From the IMG/VR virus record IMGVR_UViG_3300035683_000002, positions 9,117 to 73,116 of that record: DNA of 64,000 nucleotides. The stretch is one strand, 5' to 3'. This DNA comes from a virus. Under the pieces are notes generated by a model. The model was not told the origin of the DNA. It was given only the letters and a program-made list of their open reading frames with translations, and ran no database searches. Below, piece after piece: positions 26,445 to 36,457 of this stretch; positions within the stretch are counted from its first letter, which is position 1, and each line of letters begins with the position of its first letter. The position numbers and the translations under genes were made by a program.

Positions 26445-26579
26445 CTAGCCGGCCAGAATGACCGCAATGCCGCCGACAAGGCCGACAAACAGCACGATCC
26501 GGCCGAGCGCGGAGCCGATCTCGTGCAGCACGTCGCGCCAGTCGTAGCGCAGGGGCGGGGTGCTCGCCTCGGCTGTCAT
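26445..26579 (-). CDS. Small membrane protein
   Basis: MTAEASTPPLRYDW...RIVLFVGLVGGIAVILAG; operator-like CACTCCACTTTGTG at 26597 upstream. Confidence 0.45.
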   Translation of the reverse strand: MTAEASTPPLRYDWRDVLHEIGSALGRIVLFVGLVGGIAVILAG

Positions 26580-26661
26580 GGGCTCATGGTCTTTCCACTC
26601 CACTTTGTGTCCCGGTCTCGACGGGCAGGGGTCGGGACGCCTCCCTGCATGACCCCCCGGC

Positions 26662-26925
26662 CTAGTCGCCGGGGGGGTTCGCGCGTGCGCGCCGGATGGC
26701 CTGCGCCGCCCGGAAGGGACTGATCTTCCCCCCGAGGGATTCCAGCACGAGCGTCCAGTCCTCGTCGGTGAGGTGGGGCTCGGCACCGGCCTGGCGCAGG
26801 TAGGCGCGCACGCAACTGAAATAGGCCGCGGGGCATACCCGCGCCGGTCCGCTCCCTTCGATGAAGAAATTGCGGACCGCCTCGAGCAGCTCCTCGTCAG
26901 CGATGTAGGGTGGCTCGCGCTCCAC
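26662..26925 (-). CDS. Cassette hypothetical protein
   Basis: 87 aa, directly behind 26929-27165. Confidence 0.5.
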   Translation of the reverse strand: MEREPPYIADEELLEAVRNFFIEGSGPARVCPAAYFSCVRAYLRQAGAEPHLTDEDWTLVLESLGGKISPFRAAQAIRRARANPPGD

Positions 26926-26928
26926 CGG

Positions 26929-27165
26929 TCAGCCGGCGTCGACGACCAGCTTCACCCTCCACCCGAAGCTCGCCCAGCGGCCGAGCGTCGGCTCGGTGTC
27001 GCCGCGGAGCGTGACGATCAGCGTCTCGCCGTTCGGCGGCGTCGGGTTGAAGGATGCGGAGATCGTGACGCTGTCTTCCGGCCGCGCGGGCCAGCACCTG
27101 TCGTGACGCAGCATGTCGATCGGGAAGCTGGCCCCGTGCGGGGCCACCACCGCGAAGGTCGTCAT
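26929..27165 (-). CDS. Cassette hypothetical protein
   Basis: ATG directly after an element; SFPIDMLRHDRCWP. Confidence 0.65.
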   Translation of the reverse strand: MTTFAVVAPHGASFPIDMLRHDRCWPARPEDSVTISASFNPTPPNGETLIVTLRGDTEPTLGRWASFGWRVKLVVDAG

Positions 27166-27251
27166 GTCTGAGGTCCTGTGCCCCCTCTGTCGACGGGCAT
27201 CGCCCGGGGGCTGAGGCTGATGCGGGCCGGGGGCGCGAGCGCCCCTCGGCT

Positions 27252-27545
27252 TCAGATGCTGCGGATCAGGTCCTGGATGGCCTCGACGCGCAGCTGGTGC
27301 GTGAGCGTCAGCCTGGCGATCCGCTTGCGGAGCTTGGCCCGGCGGGCCTCCCGCTCGGCATCCGCCGCCCTCCTTTCGAGGTAGGCGCGGCGGCCGCGGA
27401 GGTCCTCCGAGATCCAGCGCCGCGCGATCGCCGCGCGGCGGAGGTTGATGAAGCCCATCATGCGGTCGCCGGCGGCGAAGGCCTCGCGGGCCTCGGCCAT
27501 GTCACAGCGCCACACCTGGGTGATGCGCTGCGCGAGAATGCTCAT
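27252..27545 (-). CDS. Cassette hypothetical protein (helical)
   Basis: Bounded by elements on both sides. Confidence 0.65.
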   Translation of the reverse strand: MSILAQRITQVWRCDMAEAREAFAAGDRMMGFINLRRAAIARRWISEDLRGRRAYLERRAADAEREARRAKLRKRIARLTLTHQLRVEAIQDLIRSI

Positions 27546-27630
27546 GGGCGGTGTCCGTGCCCCCTCCTTCGACGGGCCAGGCCCGGGGGCATAGGCGTGG
27601 CGGGGCCGGGGGCGCGAACGCCCCTCGGCT

Positions 27631-27858
27631 TCAGCGCCGGCGGCGGACCGGCGTCAGCAGCTCGTGCGGCATGACACCGAGCGCGTCGGCGAGGGCCTCG
27701 AGGGTGACGAGCGTCGGATTGCGCTCCCCGGCCTCGAGGCCGGACACGACCTGCTGCGAGATGTCGGCACGCTCGGCGAGCTGCGCCTGCGTCATCCCGG
27801 CCTCCTTGCGGAGGCGGTGTATGTTGGCGGCGAGAAGAGCACGAATGCCGCTCTTCAT
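27631..27858 (-). CDS. XRE-family HTH protein
   Basis: LAANIHRLRKEAGMTQAQLAERADISQQVVSGLEAGERNPTLVTLEALADALG. Confidence 0.85.
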   Translation of the reverse strand: MKSGIRALLAANIHRLRKEAGMTQAQLAERADISQQVVSGLEAGERNPTLVTLEALADALGVMPHELLTPVRRRR

Positions 27859-28145
27859 CGTCCGGACCTCCATCCCCGCCCCTTACGAGCCGGCGTGTGC
27901 TGGACGGCGGCGAGCAGCTCGACCGGGTCGAAGCCGAGCGCTTCGGCCAGATCCAGCAGCTCGATCACCTCGATCCGTCGCGTGCCGCTCTCGTACTTGG
28001 CCACGAAGCTCTGCGGGCGGTGCAGGCGTGCTGCCAGCTCGGCTTGCGTCAGCTCGGCGAGCTGGCGGCGCACGATGAGAAGCTCGCGGAGCCGATCGCG
28101 TCGCGGGTCAGGCCGAGTGCCTGGCCCTCTGCGATTGGATGTCAT
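27855..28145 (-). CDS. XRE-family HTH protein
   Basis: LTQAELAARLHRPQSFVAKYESGTRRIEVIELLDLAEALG. Confidence 0.85.
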   Translation of the reverse strand: MTSNRRGPGTRPDPRRDRLRELLIVRRQLAELTQAELAARLHRPQSFVAKYESGTRRIEVIELLDLAEALGFDPVELLAAVQHTPARKGRGWRSGR

Positions 28146-28237
28146 GCTGGGCGGAACTCCAGGCCCCCGTTTCGACGGGCCAGGCCCGGGGGCGGAAGCG
28201 TGGCGGGGCCGGAGGCGCCTGGTGGCGCCCCTCGGCT

Positions 28238-28624
28238 TCAGTTCCGGCGCACCTCCTCATGCGGTCGGGCGGTCGGATTGACGAAGTCGGTGGTAATCGC
28301 GAGGCACGCATCGCGGAGGCGGTTGCGCGCCGCGGCTGCCGCAGATCGCTCGGAGGCCGGCAGGTCCGGCTTCACGACGAGTTTCGGCAGCAGCGCCGCG
28401 GTGTCCTGCACGACGCGGAAGAGGTCGGGCAGGCTGCGGATGCGGCGCATGAGCGCGATCATCTCATCCGTCGGGCGGTCCGTTGCCTCTGGCACGTCGA
28501 TGATGAGGTGCCCGGTGCAGATCGGCTTCCCGTTGGCGTCGAGGACGTGAACCATCTCCGGGTCGTCCTCAACCTTCCAGGGTGTGGGTGCGATCGCCTC
28601 GAAGTCCGGAAGCGGCTTGGACAT
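28238..28624 (-). CDS. Cassette hypothetical protein
   Basis: Bounded by elements; PTPWKV pattern. Confidence 0.65.
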   Translation of the reverse strand: MSKPLPDFEAIAPTPWKVEDDPEMVHVLDANGKPICTGHLIIDVPEATDRPTDEMIALMRRIRSLPDLFRVVQDTAALLPKLVVKPDLPASERSAAAAARNRLRDACLAITTDFVNPTARPHEEVRRN

Positions 28625-28714
28625 GGGATTTTCCCTCTGTGCCCCCCTTCGACGGGCGGAGCCCGGGGGCGTTGGCTTCCGCGGGGCCGAGGGGCGTGGA
28701 CGCCCCTCGGCTTC

Positions 28715-29326
28715 TCAGGCGCCGGCGGTGGCCGGCTCCTCCGGGATGAAGCTGAACACCTCTCTCCCGGTGAGCATGAAGGCCCAGGGGGCCGCGCCGA
28801 CGTATTCGGGCGCATCACCGCACGCGACCAGCCCGGGGGCTTCAGCGATGCCGTTGATGTAGTCCGTCGCGTCGGCGGCGGCCGACACCGGGGCCGGGCT
28901 GGTCGACCAGTCATAGCGTTCGACCTTGCCCTCTGGCGGGTCGCCGTAGGCATGCGCGATGGCTCGCGCCTTGCTCCGGACCTTCTCGGCTTGCTCGCCG
29001 GTCAGTCCGAAGTGCCGGATGATGGTCTCGGCCGCGGCGGGCAGCGGCGCCGAGCGGCGCGAGCGCCAGAGCGGGGTGTCGATCAAGTCGTCACCCGTGC
29101 CCGCATTGCCCCGCCAGCCCGACGCGATCAGCGCCTTCGCGCGATCGGTCAGGCGGTCGGGGTCATACTCGCAGGGGATGAAGAACATCGTCGTGTTCAT
29201 CCCGCTGCGCCGCATGATGCGCTGGTTCCGCTTGCGGTTGAGCACCTCGTCGACGCCGTTGCTGCGGGCGTCGAAGGCCAGCAGCACGGTCGGCGCCTTC
29301 CGCTCGTCCGGCGGGTTGTCTGTCAT
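28715..29326 (-). CDS. Cassette hypothetical protein
   Basis: MTDNPPDERKAP...; bounded by elements. Confidence 0.65.
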   Translation of the reverse strand: MTDNPPDERKAPTVLLAFDARSNGVDEVLNRKRNQRIMRRSGMNTTMFFIPCEYDPDRLTDRAKALIASGWRGNAGTGDDLIDTPLWRSRRSAPLPAAAETIIRHFGLTGEQAEKVRSKARAIAHAYGDPPEGKVERYDWSTSPAPVSAAADATDYINGIAEAPGLVACGDAPEYVGAAPWAFMLTGREVFSFIPEEPATAGA

Positions 29327-29414
29327 AGGGATCATCCCTTGCCTCCGTGATCGACGGGCCATGCCCGGAGGCGAAGCATAGCGGGCGCCCCGCGCGGTGT
29401 GCACGGGGCGCTTC

Positions 29415-29651
29415 TCAGGGCCGCCGGTAGACCCGGGCGGCGTGTCGCGCATAGACGCTGACGACCTTCCAGTAGGCCGCCATCGGGGCTTTCCGCCGGT
29501 CCCAGCTGCCTTGGGCCCTCGTGAGGGCTTCTCGGCCGAGGTCGTCGAGCAGGCCTGCCAGGTGGACCCGCTGCGCCCTCGGCAGCTCGGCAATCCGCCG
29601 GGCCGCGTCGAGGGACAGCAACAGGTTGGCAGGGCGCAGGCCCGCCCTCAC
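29415..29651 (-). CDS. Conserved hypothetical protein of plasmid/ICE type
   Basis: ...RRKAPMAAYWKVVSVYARH... motif recalled from alphaproteobacterial plasmids. Confidence 0.6.
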   Translation of the reverse strand: MRAGLRPANLLLSLDAARRIAELPRAQRVHLAGLLDDLGREALTRAQGSWDRRKAPMAAYWKVVSVYARHAARVYRRP

Positions 29652-29893
29652 TGGGCGGGCTTCGCGGGGCGGGTCCGGGCGAAGTCCCGGGCGCGCTCGA
29701 TGTCGGCGAAGGAGTGGCCGGTGCCGGCGACCGCGACCAGCGGCCCGAAGCGCGAGTTGACCGCGCGCAGGTGGTAGCCGTTGACGGTCTCGATCGTGCT
29801 GGCGAGCTCGTGCTCGGCCAGGGCCCGGTTGTAGGCGTCAGCGCCGATGCGTTCGAGGAGCGCGAGGCGCTCCTCCGGACTGTCCCAGTTCAT
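29648..29893 (-). CDS. Cassette hypothetical protein
   Basis: MNWDSPEERLALLERIGADAYN... Confidence 0.65.
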   Translation of the reverse strand: MNWDSPEERLALLERIGADAYNRALAEHELASTIETVNGYHLRAVNSRFGPLVAVAGTGHSFADIERARDFARTRPAKPAQ

Positions 29894-29989
29894 GGGGCTC
29901 TCCATGCCCCCATCGTCGACGGGCGCGGCCCGGGGGCGGAGGCGGTGCGCGGGGCACCTCGCTCCCCCTTGGGGAGCGACGTGCTTCGG

Positions 29990-30232
29990 TCACGGGATGC
30001 GCAGGACGATGGTGAGGGTGAGGACGGCGACGAAGCCGACGGTCAGCGCGGTGCAGAACAGCGCGAAGCGGGTCTCGCCCGCGGCCTCGTTGGCGCGCTT
30101 CACCGCATCCTCGTGCGCCTTCCGGAGCACGCTGATGATCGCGTCCTGACGCTCGACCTCCATCATCAGGCGGTCACGCGACCAGTTGCGTCTGTGGTCG
30201 GGGATCGCGGTTTCGATCGGGTCTTCGGTCAT
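29990..30232 (-). CDS. Cassette membrane-anchored protein
   Basis: C-terminal hydrophobic helix; bounded by elements. Confidence 0.6.
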   Translation of the reverse strand: MTEDPIETAIPDHRRNWSRDRLMMEVERQDAIISVLRKAHEDAVKRANEAAGETRFALFCTALTVGFVAVLTLTIVLRIP

Positions 30233-30322
30233 GGGTGTCTCCATGCGCCCCCGTGATCGACGGGCATGGCCCGGGGGCGAAGGCGATGCGGGGCCGGCAG
30301 CCCTGGGGCTGTCCGGCTTCGG

Positions 30323-31705
30323 TCAGCGCCGCGTGGCGATGACGAGCTTGGTGGCCAGCGGCGTTCCCGCCTCGGCGAAGGTGCCGGCGGGGATGTCGAT
30401 GACGTCGGCTCCGGTCTCGGCCACCCAGGAGCGGAACTCCTGGGCGATCCGGTCGCCCGACGCGAATGCGGTGGGCGACATCACAGCGACCAGGCGGCCG
30501 TCATCCCCCAGCCAATTCCAGGCGTGGAGGACGTGGTGGATGTCCTGGTGAGCGGCGAAGGGCGGGTTGAGGATGGCACCGTTGAAGGGGGTGCCGGTTG
30601 GGGTCATGGAGAGGAAGTTGCCCGGGACGACGTCCACCGGGTGAGCCCGGTACCGTTCGGCCAGCTCCATTGCCATGTGCTGGTCGATCTCGACCGCCCT
30701 GACTTTCTCCGCCCCGCGTTTGAGGGCGGCGTCGACCAGGCGGCCTGTACCGGCGTTCGGCTCCAGCACCAGGCCCGGGTTGTGCGGGAGGTGGGAGGCT
30801 GCCAATTCGGCGAGCTCCGGTGGCGTCTCGAAGAGCTGCAGGGTCTTCCGGCGATTGAGTGCCTCCCCGGTGCCGAGAGCTTCGGTCAGGAGGGGTAGGG
30901 GATCGCTCGGAAACAGGTGAGCCCTGTGCTTCTTGCTCCATTTCCCGCCCATCGCGCGCAGCACCTTGTCGACCGCCTCGTAGAGCGGCCGCTCGAGCTG
31001 CTGCGTGATCCGGATGGTGACCCCATCGACCTCTGCGGTGCAGAGGGCGGCGGCCACCTCGGGAGGCACCTCGACCGTCTTGGGGACGAGCTCGCCGAGG
31101 GCGGGCTTCGGGGTGCGCTTAAGGGGTAGGAGGATCCTGCTCGCGCGGTTGGCAACTCTGTGCCCCTCGCGCGAGCCTCGCATCACCTTCCCGCGGATGT
31201 CGTCCGCGAGCCGGCGATAGGTGTTGTAGAGGCGGCCGTCGGGTTTCAGGACCGCCTCGTCTGGGATGAGCTTCCAGCCGAGCTTGTCGGCGATGGCTTC
31301 CCGGGTGGTGTGCTCCTTTCGGGACATGGCGTGTGTCGTGGCCCAGAAGTAGAGGTCGGGGAGGTAAGGCCCCATCGGGCCCATGCCGCTGAGCGGCATG
31401 AGCACCGCGATGATCTCGCACGGCGTGACGATCCATCCCGGCTTCTGGCCGAGGATGAGGTCGATGCGCTCCGCCCGCGCCTGCTGATACACCCATTGCG
31501 GGGTGTGCTCGTGCCAGCCTCCATCCTTCGCGAAGATGACCGGCCCTTCGAGGTAGTGCCGGTCGTCTGCGTTGAGATCAGCGAGGTTGAACACGTCGAT
31601 CAGCGTGGTGGCGATCTTGATGTCGCCGATGTCGGCCAGGAGGCCGAGCATGGCGGCGCTGCGAGACAGGTCCTCGGCGTCAGGCCGAGGAAACGGGTTC
31701 TCCAT
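30323..31705 (-). CDS. Amino (N6-A/N4-C)-type DNA methyltransferase-like protein with an unknown N-terminal domain
   Basis: QLFETPPELA, VLEPNAGTG (SAM motif), VEID, ILNPPF catalytic motif, GRLVAVMS. Confidence 0.8.
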   Translation of the reverse strand: MENPFPRPDAEDLSRSAAMLGLLADIGDIKIATTLIDVFNLADLNADDRHYLEGPVIFAKDGGWHEHTPQWVYQQARAERIDLILGQKPGWIVTPCEIIAVLMPLSGMGPMGPYLPDLYFWATTHAMSRKEHTTREAIADKLGWKLIPDEAVLKPDGRLYNTYRRLADDIRGKVMRGSREGHRVANRASRILLPLKRTPKPALGELVPKTVEVPPEVAAALCTAEVDGVTIRITQQLERPLYEAVDKVLRAMGGKWSKKHRAHLFPSDPLPLLTEALGTGEALNRRKTLQLFETPPELAELAASHLPHNPGLVLEPNAGTGRLVDAALKRGAEKVRAVEIDQHMAMELAERYRAHPVDVVPGNFLSMTPTGTPFNGAILNPPFAAHQDIHHVLHAWNWLGDDGRLVAVMSPTAFASGDRIAQEFRSWVAETGADVIDIPAGTFAEAGTPLATKLVIATRR

Positions 31706-31798
31706 GTGGTGGGGATCCGTGCCCCCTCGATCGACGGGCGGAACCCGGGGGCGGTGGTTACGCGGGGCCGCCGGCGGTCGGAGCCGCCGGGGCTTCTG

Positions 31799-32008
31799 TC
31801 AGGCTGGGAATCGCTCGCGGGTCTCCAGGTTGATCGCGTGCCGCTCGGCGCCCTCCGCCGACTTCAGGGCGGAGCGGGCGGCAGAGGCGGCGCGCTTGGC
31901 GTGTGCCAGCCGCAGCAGGCGGCGGGCACGGCGGAGATGCGTGAGGGCTTCCTGCACGAGCTGCAGGCGGCCGGGCTCCTCGGTGGGAACGATGGTGTGG
32001 GTGGCCAT
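31799..32008 (-). CDS. Cassette hypothetical protein
   Basis: 69 aa, bounded by elements. Confidence 0.6.
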   Translation of the reverse strand: MATHTIVPTEEPGRLQLVQEALTHLRRARRLLRLAHAKRAASAARSALKSAEGAERHAINLETRERFPA

Positions 32009-32097
32009 CTGGGATGTCCTGAGCCCCCTGTGATCGACGGGCGGAACCCGGGGGCGGTGGTCACGCGGGGCCGCGGCGCCAGGTGGCGCCGTCGGCT

Positions 32098-32352
32098 TCA
32101 GAGCGCTTGCTTGCGCTTCGTCACGACGCCGAGGAAGGCGTTGCAGGCGTCGTAGAAGGCCTGTTCCTCGGCATCCATGCGGCGGTTCTGGTCCATGCTG
32201 GGGAGGATCCCGCCGACCGCCTCGACCGCCTCGGTCAGGTCGACGATGAAGTTGCGCGGCCGCGGGTGCCCGATGAAGGGGCCGCAGGCCGCCGCGCTCG
32301 TCCCGTAGCCCGGCTCATTGGCGCGGCGCGTGGGATCGTCGGCGTGTTTCAT
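32098..32352 (-). CDS. Cassette hypothetical protein
   Basis: 84 aa, bounded by elements. Confidence 0.6.
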   Translation of the reverse strand: MKHADDPTRRANEPGYGTSAAACGPFIGHPRPRNFIVDLTEAVEAVGGILPSMDQNRRMDAEEQAFYDACNAFLGVVTKRKQAL

Positions 32353-32439
32353 GGTGGTGGTCCTGTGCCCCCTCTCTCGACGGGCGTGACCCGGGGGCGC
32401 TGGTGACGCGGGGCCGGCGGCCGAGGCGGCCGCGCGGCT

Positions 32440-32832
32440 TCAGCCCTGCAGGAGGGCGAAAGCCTCCTTCCCGTCGATCGCCAGCACGGCGGCCGCGGCG
32501 ATCGGCGCCTCGGTGTCCGCGCGGACGAAGCTATCGAATTGGAAGGGGTTGTAGCGGACGCGGATGGCGTCCGGGTGGTCGCGCACCGAGGCGGCGTCGC
32601 CGGAGACGACGGTGCCGCGGGCGTAGGCGTGGACGGCTCGGACGCCCTCCTCGCGCACCCGGCGGAGGCCGCCGGGGTTCACGCGGAAGGTCACGTCCTG
32701 CAGGACCACCGTGTCGGCCTTGCCGATGACGCGGCCGCGCCGCTCGCCGGCGATGCACCTCAGGGAGGTGCAGCGCCGGTGCAGGTCGCAGTAGCTGTCG
32801 ACGAGGGCGCCGATGGGCAGATCGGTCTGCAT
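32440..32832 (-). CDS. Conserved hypothetical phage protein
   Basis: YCDLHRRCTSLR...TFRVNPGG..RV...VHAYARG...VRYNPF. Confidence 0.7.
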   Translation of the reverse strand: MQTDLPIGALVDSYCDLHRRCTSLRCIAGERRGRVIGKADTVVLQDVTFRVNPGGLRRVREEGVRAVHAYARGTVVSGDAASVRDHPDAIRVRYNPFQFDSFVRADTEAPIAAAAVLAIDGKEAFALLQG

Positions 32833-32922
32833 CTGGGGTGTCCGTGCCCCCTGTCTCGACGGGCGTTACCCGGGGGCTGAGGCTGACGCAGGCGCTCCGG
32901 CCGCGCGGGCCGGGGCGTTTCG

Positions 32923-33288
32923 CTAGAGCACGAAGGTCTGCCCCTCGTGGTGCAGCTCCAGGTGTGTCTTGTCGTCGCAGAGTGCGCCGCAGTTCCAGTC
33001 GCCGTCGGCATAGCGTCCCTGCTTCACGCGCGCCGCGGCGATCGACAGCGCCTCGACGGGCGAGGCGGCGGTGATGCGGACGGTGCGGTGCTCCCAGCGC
33101 TGGCGGCTGAGGGTGACCTGGTAGTGCGGCGTCTCCGGCTGCCCCGACGTCTCCGGCGGGGCGCCGCAATGCTGGCATTGGATCTCGCCGCCCGGCCCGT
33201 GCGGACCGAAGCTGCACGTCGCGCCATTGGCGATGCACTCGTTCGGCCAGGACGCGCGGGGTGCGGGCGGCTTCTGGTTGTCGTTCAT
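32923..33288 (-). CDS. Cassette hypothetical protein
   Basis: 121 aa, bounded by elements. Confidence 0.6.
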   Translation of the reverse strand: MNDNQKPPAPRASWPNECIANGATCSFGPHGPGGEIQCQHCGAPPETSGQPETPHYQVTLSRQRWEHRTVRITAASPVEALSIAAARVKQGRYADGDWNCGALCDDKTHLELHHEGQTFVL

Positions 33289-33373
33289 CGGAGATGTCCG
33301 TGCCCCCTGATCGACGGGCGTTACCCGGGGGCTGAGGCTGACGCGGGGCCGGCAGCCCGAGGGCTGCGCGGCT

Positions 33374-33733
33374 TCAGACCGCGACGAAGCGGGAGGTGTG
33401 GCGGCGGGCGCGAGTGCGTCTCGCCGCCCAGCGGGTGGCCTTGCAGTGCTGGCACCAGAGGTATTCGCCGTCTCGCCCCCGCGCCAGGTGATCCCTGTGC
33501 AGGGCGAGGTCGTAGTGTCGCTTCGACGCGGCTTGGTAGGCGCCCCAGCGGGCCCAGGAGCGCCGCCAGAAGGCGGAGCGCTCGTCTTCGGGGATGGGGG
33601 CCAATGCCGCCTCGATCGCCTTGCAGCGCCTCTGGAAGAGGCGGAAGGCGATCCGGCGGCGGGCGTAGATGGATCCGATCGTCTCCTCCGTCCTGAGCGG
33701 ACGGAGGGGACGGACCGGGACGAGTGCTGTCAC
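33374..33733 (-). CDS. Cassette hypothetical protein (C-terminal CxxC)
   Basis: GTGA-coupled to 33730-33969. Confidence 0.55.
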   Translation of the reverse strand: MTALVPVRPLRPLRTEETIGSIYARRRIAFRLFQRRCKAIEAALAPIPEDERSAFWRRSWARWGAYQAASKRHYDLALHRDHLARGRDGEYLWCQHCKATRWAARRTRARRHTSRFVAV

Positions 33734-33969
33734 GCGCCCCGCTTCTGGCGCGGGCGGTCACCGTTGTGGGTGATGATGAGCTCCTGCGATGGGACCTCGA
33801 GGCCCCGCTCGCGGTAGAGCTCCTGCGCCTCCCGCGCGAGCTCCCGCGCCGGGATCGGCTTGGCGAGCTCGGGCGGGATCTTCGAGCCGCCGACCGGCTG
33901 GAAGCCGGAGCGGCGGAGGTGATACGCCTGCACGGAGGCGGCGGCGCTGTGGCTGGACTTCCTTGGCAT
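33730..33969 (-). CDS. Cassette hypothetical protein
   Basis: MPRKSSHSAAASVQ... directly after an element. Confidence 0.55.
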   Translation of the reverse strand: MPRKSSHSAAASVQAYHLRRSGFQPVGGSKIPPELAKPIPARELAREAQELYRERGLEVPSQELIITHNGDRPRQKRGA

Positions 33970-34057
33970 TGGTGGATCCATGCCCCCTGTGATCGACGGG
34001 CACGGCCCGGGGGCGGAGGCGATGCGGGCGCCCCGGCGGTGTCGCCGGGGTCTTCCC

Positions 34058-34630
34058 TCAGTCCTCGGTCATCAGCGGATCCCCGGTGGGGGAGGGCAGC
34101 TTCAGCGGCAGCATGCCATTGAGCAGCACCTGCTGGAGCTTGACGTCGAGGGGGGCGAAATCGTGGAAGCCCTCCACGATCCCCTTGTCGGCGTCTCCGA
34201 GCACCTCCGACCACGCGAAGGAGAACCCCTCGCTCCGATCCTCGCAGCAGGCGGCGATGATGACGCGCTTGTCGCGCTTCCCGGCCGTGACCGCGAAGGG
34301 CTGGGCGTAGGTCGCGACGGTGAGCGCGTATCGGTCGGCGCCGAACTGGCGGCAGCGGGCCTTCACCCAGGCTGCCACCTTGGCGAACGACAGGTTGAAG
34401 TCCCCGAAGATGAGGACGTCGGTGTCGTCCCTGCTCATGTGCAGGATGGGCATGTTGGTCGGCTGTGCCTCGGAGAAGCACTTCTTCTGCAGCTCGAGCA
34501 TCGCCTTCGCTGCGGCCTTCGGGTCGTTCTCCCAGAAGGCCTGGTGGTAGAGCTCGGTGGTGGGGTCCGATGGGCCTGTGCGCATCGGGGCCCCACCGCG
34601 GCTGAGTGCGAGCATCTCATGCTTCGGCAT
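34058..34630 (-). CDS. Cassette hypothetical protein
   Basis: ATG 34630, bounded by elements. Confidence 0.65.
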   Translation of the reverse strand: MPKHEMLALSRGGAPMRTGPSDPTTELYHQAFWENDPKAAAKAMLELQKKCFSEAQPTNMPILHMSRDDTDVLIFGDFNLSFAKVAAWVKARCRQFGADRYALTVATYAQPFAVTAGKRDKRVIIAACCEDRSEGFSFAWSEVLGDADKGIVEGFHDFAPLDVKLQQVLLNGMLPLKLPSPTGDPLMTED

Positions 34631-34718
34631 GGGGTGGATCCTTGCCCCCTGTGATCGACGGGCGTTGCCCGGGGGCTGAGGCTGGACGCAGGGCCGGGGG
34701 CGCGAGCGCCCCCTGGCT

Positions 34719-35474
34719 TCACATGCGGAAGAGTTTGTCGAGGAGGTCGCCCTCGCTTTCGACCTGCGCCCGGTAGGCGAGGAATTCGGCGCGGGCGAGC
34801 TGGCGTGCCAGCTGCTTCGTGTGCTCCTTCGACACCACGGGCCAGGGCTCCTTGCAACGGAACTCCCAGCCTGCATCCGCGAGGCTCTCCGCGCCGTTGG
34901 CTTGCGCCAGGGCGTGGGCGGCCACGTCGCGCGGGATGAAGACGACACCCGTTCCCTTTGGCAGGGCCTCGCCCCTGAGATACGCCTCGAACGCGAACTT
35001 AGCGGTGGTCTCGTCGGGGGCGAAAACCCAGGCGCCGGCCTTGACCGGGATGGTGATGTCGAAGCTCGGTCCGTAGACGGTGAGCTCCTCCTTGTCGGCG
35101 CGGTCCGCGAGGGTTTGCGCGGACATCGGCAGGATGCAGGCGGGGTCGGCGACGTTGCGGGGTTCCAGGACGGCGTGGTGCTCGTCTTCTTCCGTGGCGG
35201 CGCGCGTCGCCGGTGGGTTCGGCGGCGGCGCTCCCTCCACCGTCGCGACCGGCCTGGTCGAGTTGGCGAAGGCTTGCCACCCCCGTCCCTCATCGCCCTC
35301 CTGGTAGAGGCGGACGATGCGGCGGGTGGTGGTGCCGGGGATTTCCAGTGGCCTGGCGGTCGCGTGCTTGACCACCCAGGCCGCCAGCTCGTCGCCGAGC
35401 TCGATCTCGAGCCCGGCGGTGTCCACCTTGCAGGACCCGATGTCGGGTCCCGCGAGGGTGTAGCTCTGGCTCAT
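34719..35474 (-). CDS. Cassette hypothetical protein
   Basis: ATG 35474 with GGAG RBS, 251 aa. Confidence 0.65.
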   Translation of the reverse strand: MSQSYTLAGPDIGSCKVDTAGLEIELGDELAAWVVKHATARPLEIPGTTTRRIVRLYQEGDEGRGWQAFANSTRPVATVEGAPPPNPPATRAATEEDEHHAVLEPRNVADPACILPMSAQTLADRADKEELTVYGPSFDITIPVKAGAWVFAPDETTAKFAFEAYLRGEALPKGTGVVFIPRDVAAHALAQANGAESLADAGWEFRCKEPWPVVSKEHTKQLARQLARAEFLAYRAQVESEGDLLDKLFRM

Positions 35475-35563
35475 GTTGGATACTCCGTGCCCCCTGTGAT
35501 CGACGGGCGTTGCCCGGGGGCTGAGGCCTGACGCGGGGCCGGCAGCCCGAGGGCTGCGCGGCT

Positions 35564-36109
35564 TCAGGTGACCTCCTCCACTCCCATCAGGTGGAATTCC
35601 CCGCTCTCGGGGTCCCAATGCTGCCAGGAGTTGGCGGCGGTCTCGTGCAGGTCGCCCTTGATGTCGCGGAAGCTGACGCGGGCTTGGCCTTCGGCCGCTT
35701 CCCGGCTCGTCGCCTCGACGATGCAGGAGGCGTAGAGCTCGGGGGTGCAGCTGAAGACCAGGCGCCACTTCCTCAGCGGTCCGACGACGACGGGGACGCT
35801 GCGATCCTCGGCCGGCTTCTGCCGGCGAGGGGCTGCCTCGATGCGCTGGAGGCGCTCGAGTTTCTCGTGGCCGACGATGATGAAGGAGGGTTCGAGCCCC
35901 ACGCGACCATCGTCGAGCGGGGCGACGTAGACGTTGCCTCCTGGCGTCTCGAATTGGACGGTCTTCTCGAGGAGGAGCGCGGCGTAGGCCGCGTTCCAGG
36001 AATCCTCGATGTGGCCATAGCGGTCCGCGTAGCGGCGCCAGGTCATGGCGAGGATCACGGGAGGACCGCGCGCCTCTGCGACGCAGAAGACGGGCGTGTC
36101 TCGGTCCAT
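35564..36109 (-). CDS. Cassette hypothetical protein
   Basis: ATG 36109, bounded by elements. Confidence 0.65.
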   Translation of the reverse strand: MDRDTPVFCVAEARGPPVILAMTWRRYADRYGHIEDSWNAAYAALLLEKTVQFETPGGNVYVAPLDDGRVGLEPSFIIVGHEKLERLQRIEAAPRRQKPAEDRSVPVVVGPLRKWRLVFSCTPELYASCIVEATSREAAEGQARVSFRDIKGDLHETAANSWQHWDPESGEFHLMGVEEVT

Positions 36110-36199
36110 GTTGTGGTCCGTGCCCCCGTTGTCGACGGGCATGGCCCGGGGGCGAGGCGATGCGGGGCGGGCGCGCCCGGGTGGGCGCGCGCCGCTTCG

Positions 36200-36457
36200 C
36201 TAGTTGAAGCCCTCGATCCACCTCCTGACGCGGGCGCCGCCGGCCATCAGCTCCATGACGCCCATCTGGAAGAGCACCTCGCTGGCGGGGTTCTGCCAGT
36301 CTTTGTGCTTCCGCAGGTCGGAGGTCATGGAGGCGACGGCGGAGGTGGCGTCGCCGGCGTCGAGGTATTGGAGGGCGCGGGCCTTGGCCCAGGCGAGGTG
36401 CTCACCGCGCTCCCCGAAGGGCTCGGGGGCGGGTGCGGCGGTCTCGTCAGGCGTCAT
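36200..36457 (-). CDS. Conserved hypothetical phage protein
   Basis: EHLAWAKARALQYLDAGD...VASMTSDLRKH. Confidence 0.65.
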   Translation of the reverse strand: MTPDETAAPAPEPFGERGEHLAWAKARALQYLDAGDATSAVASMTSDLRKHKDWQNPASEVLFQMGVMELMAGGARVRRWIEGFN

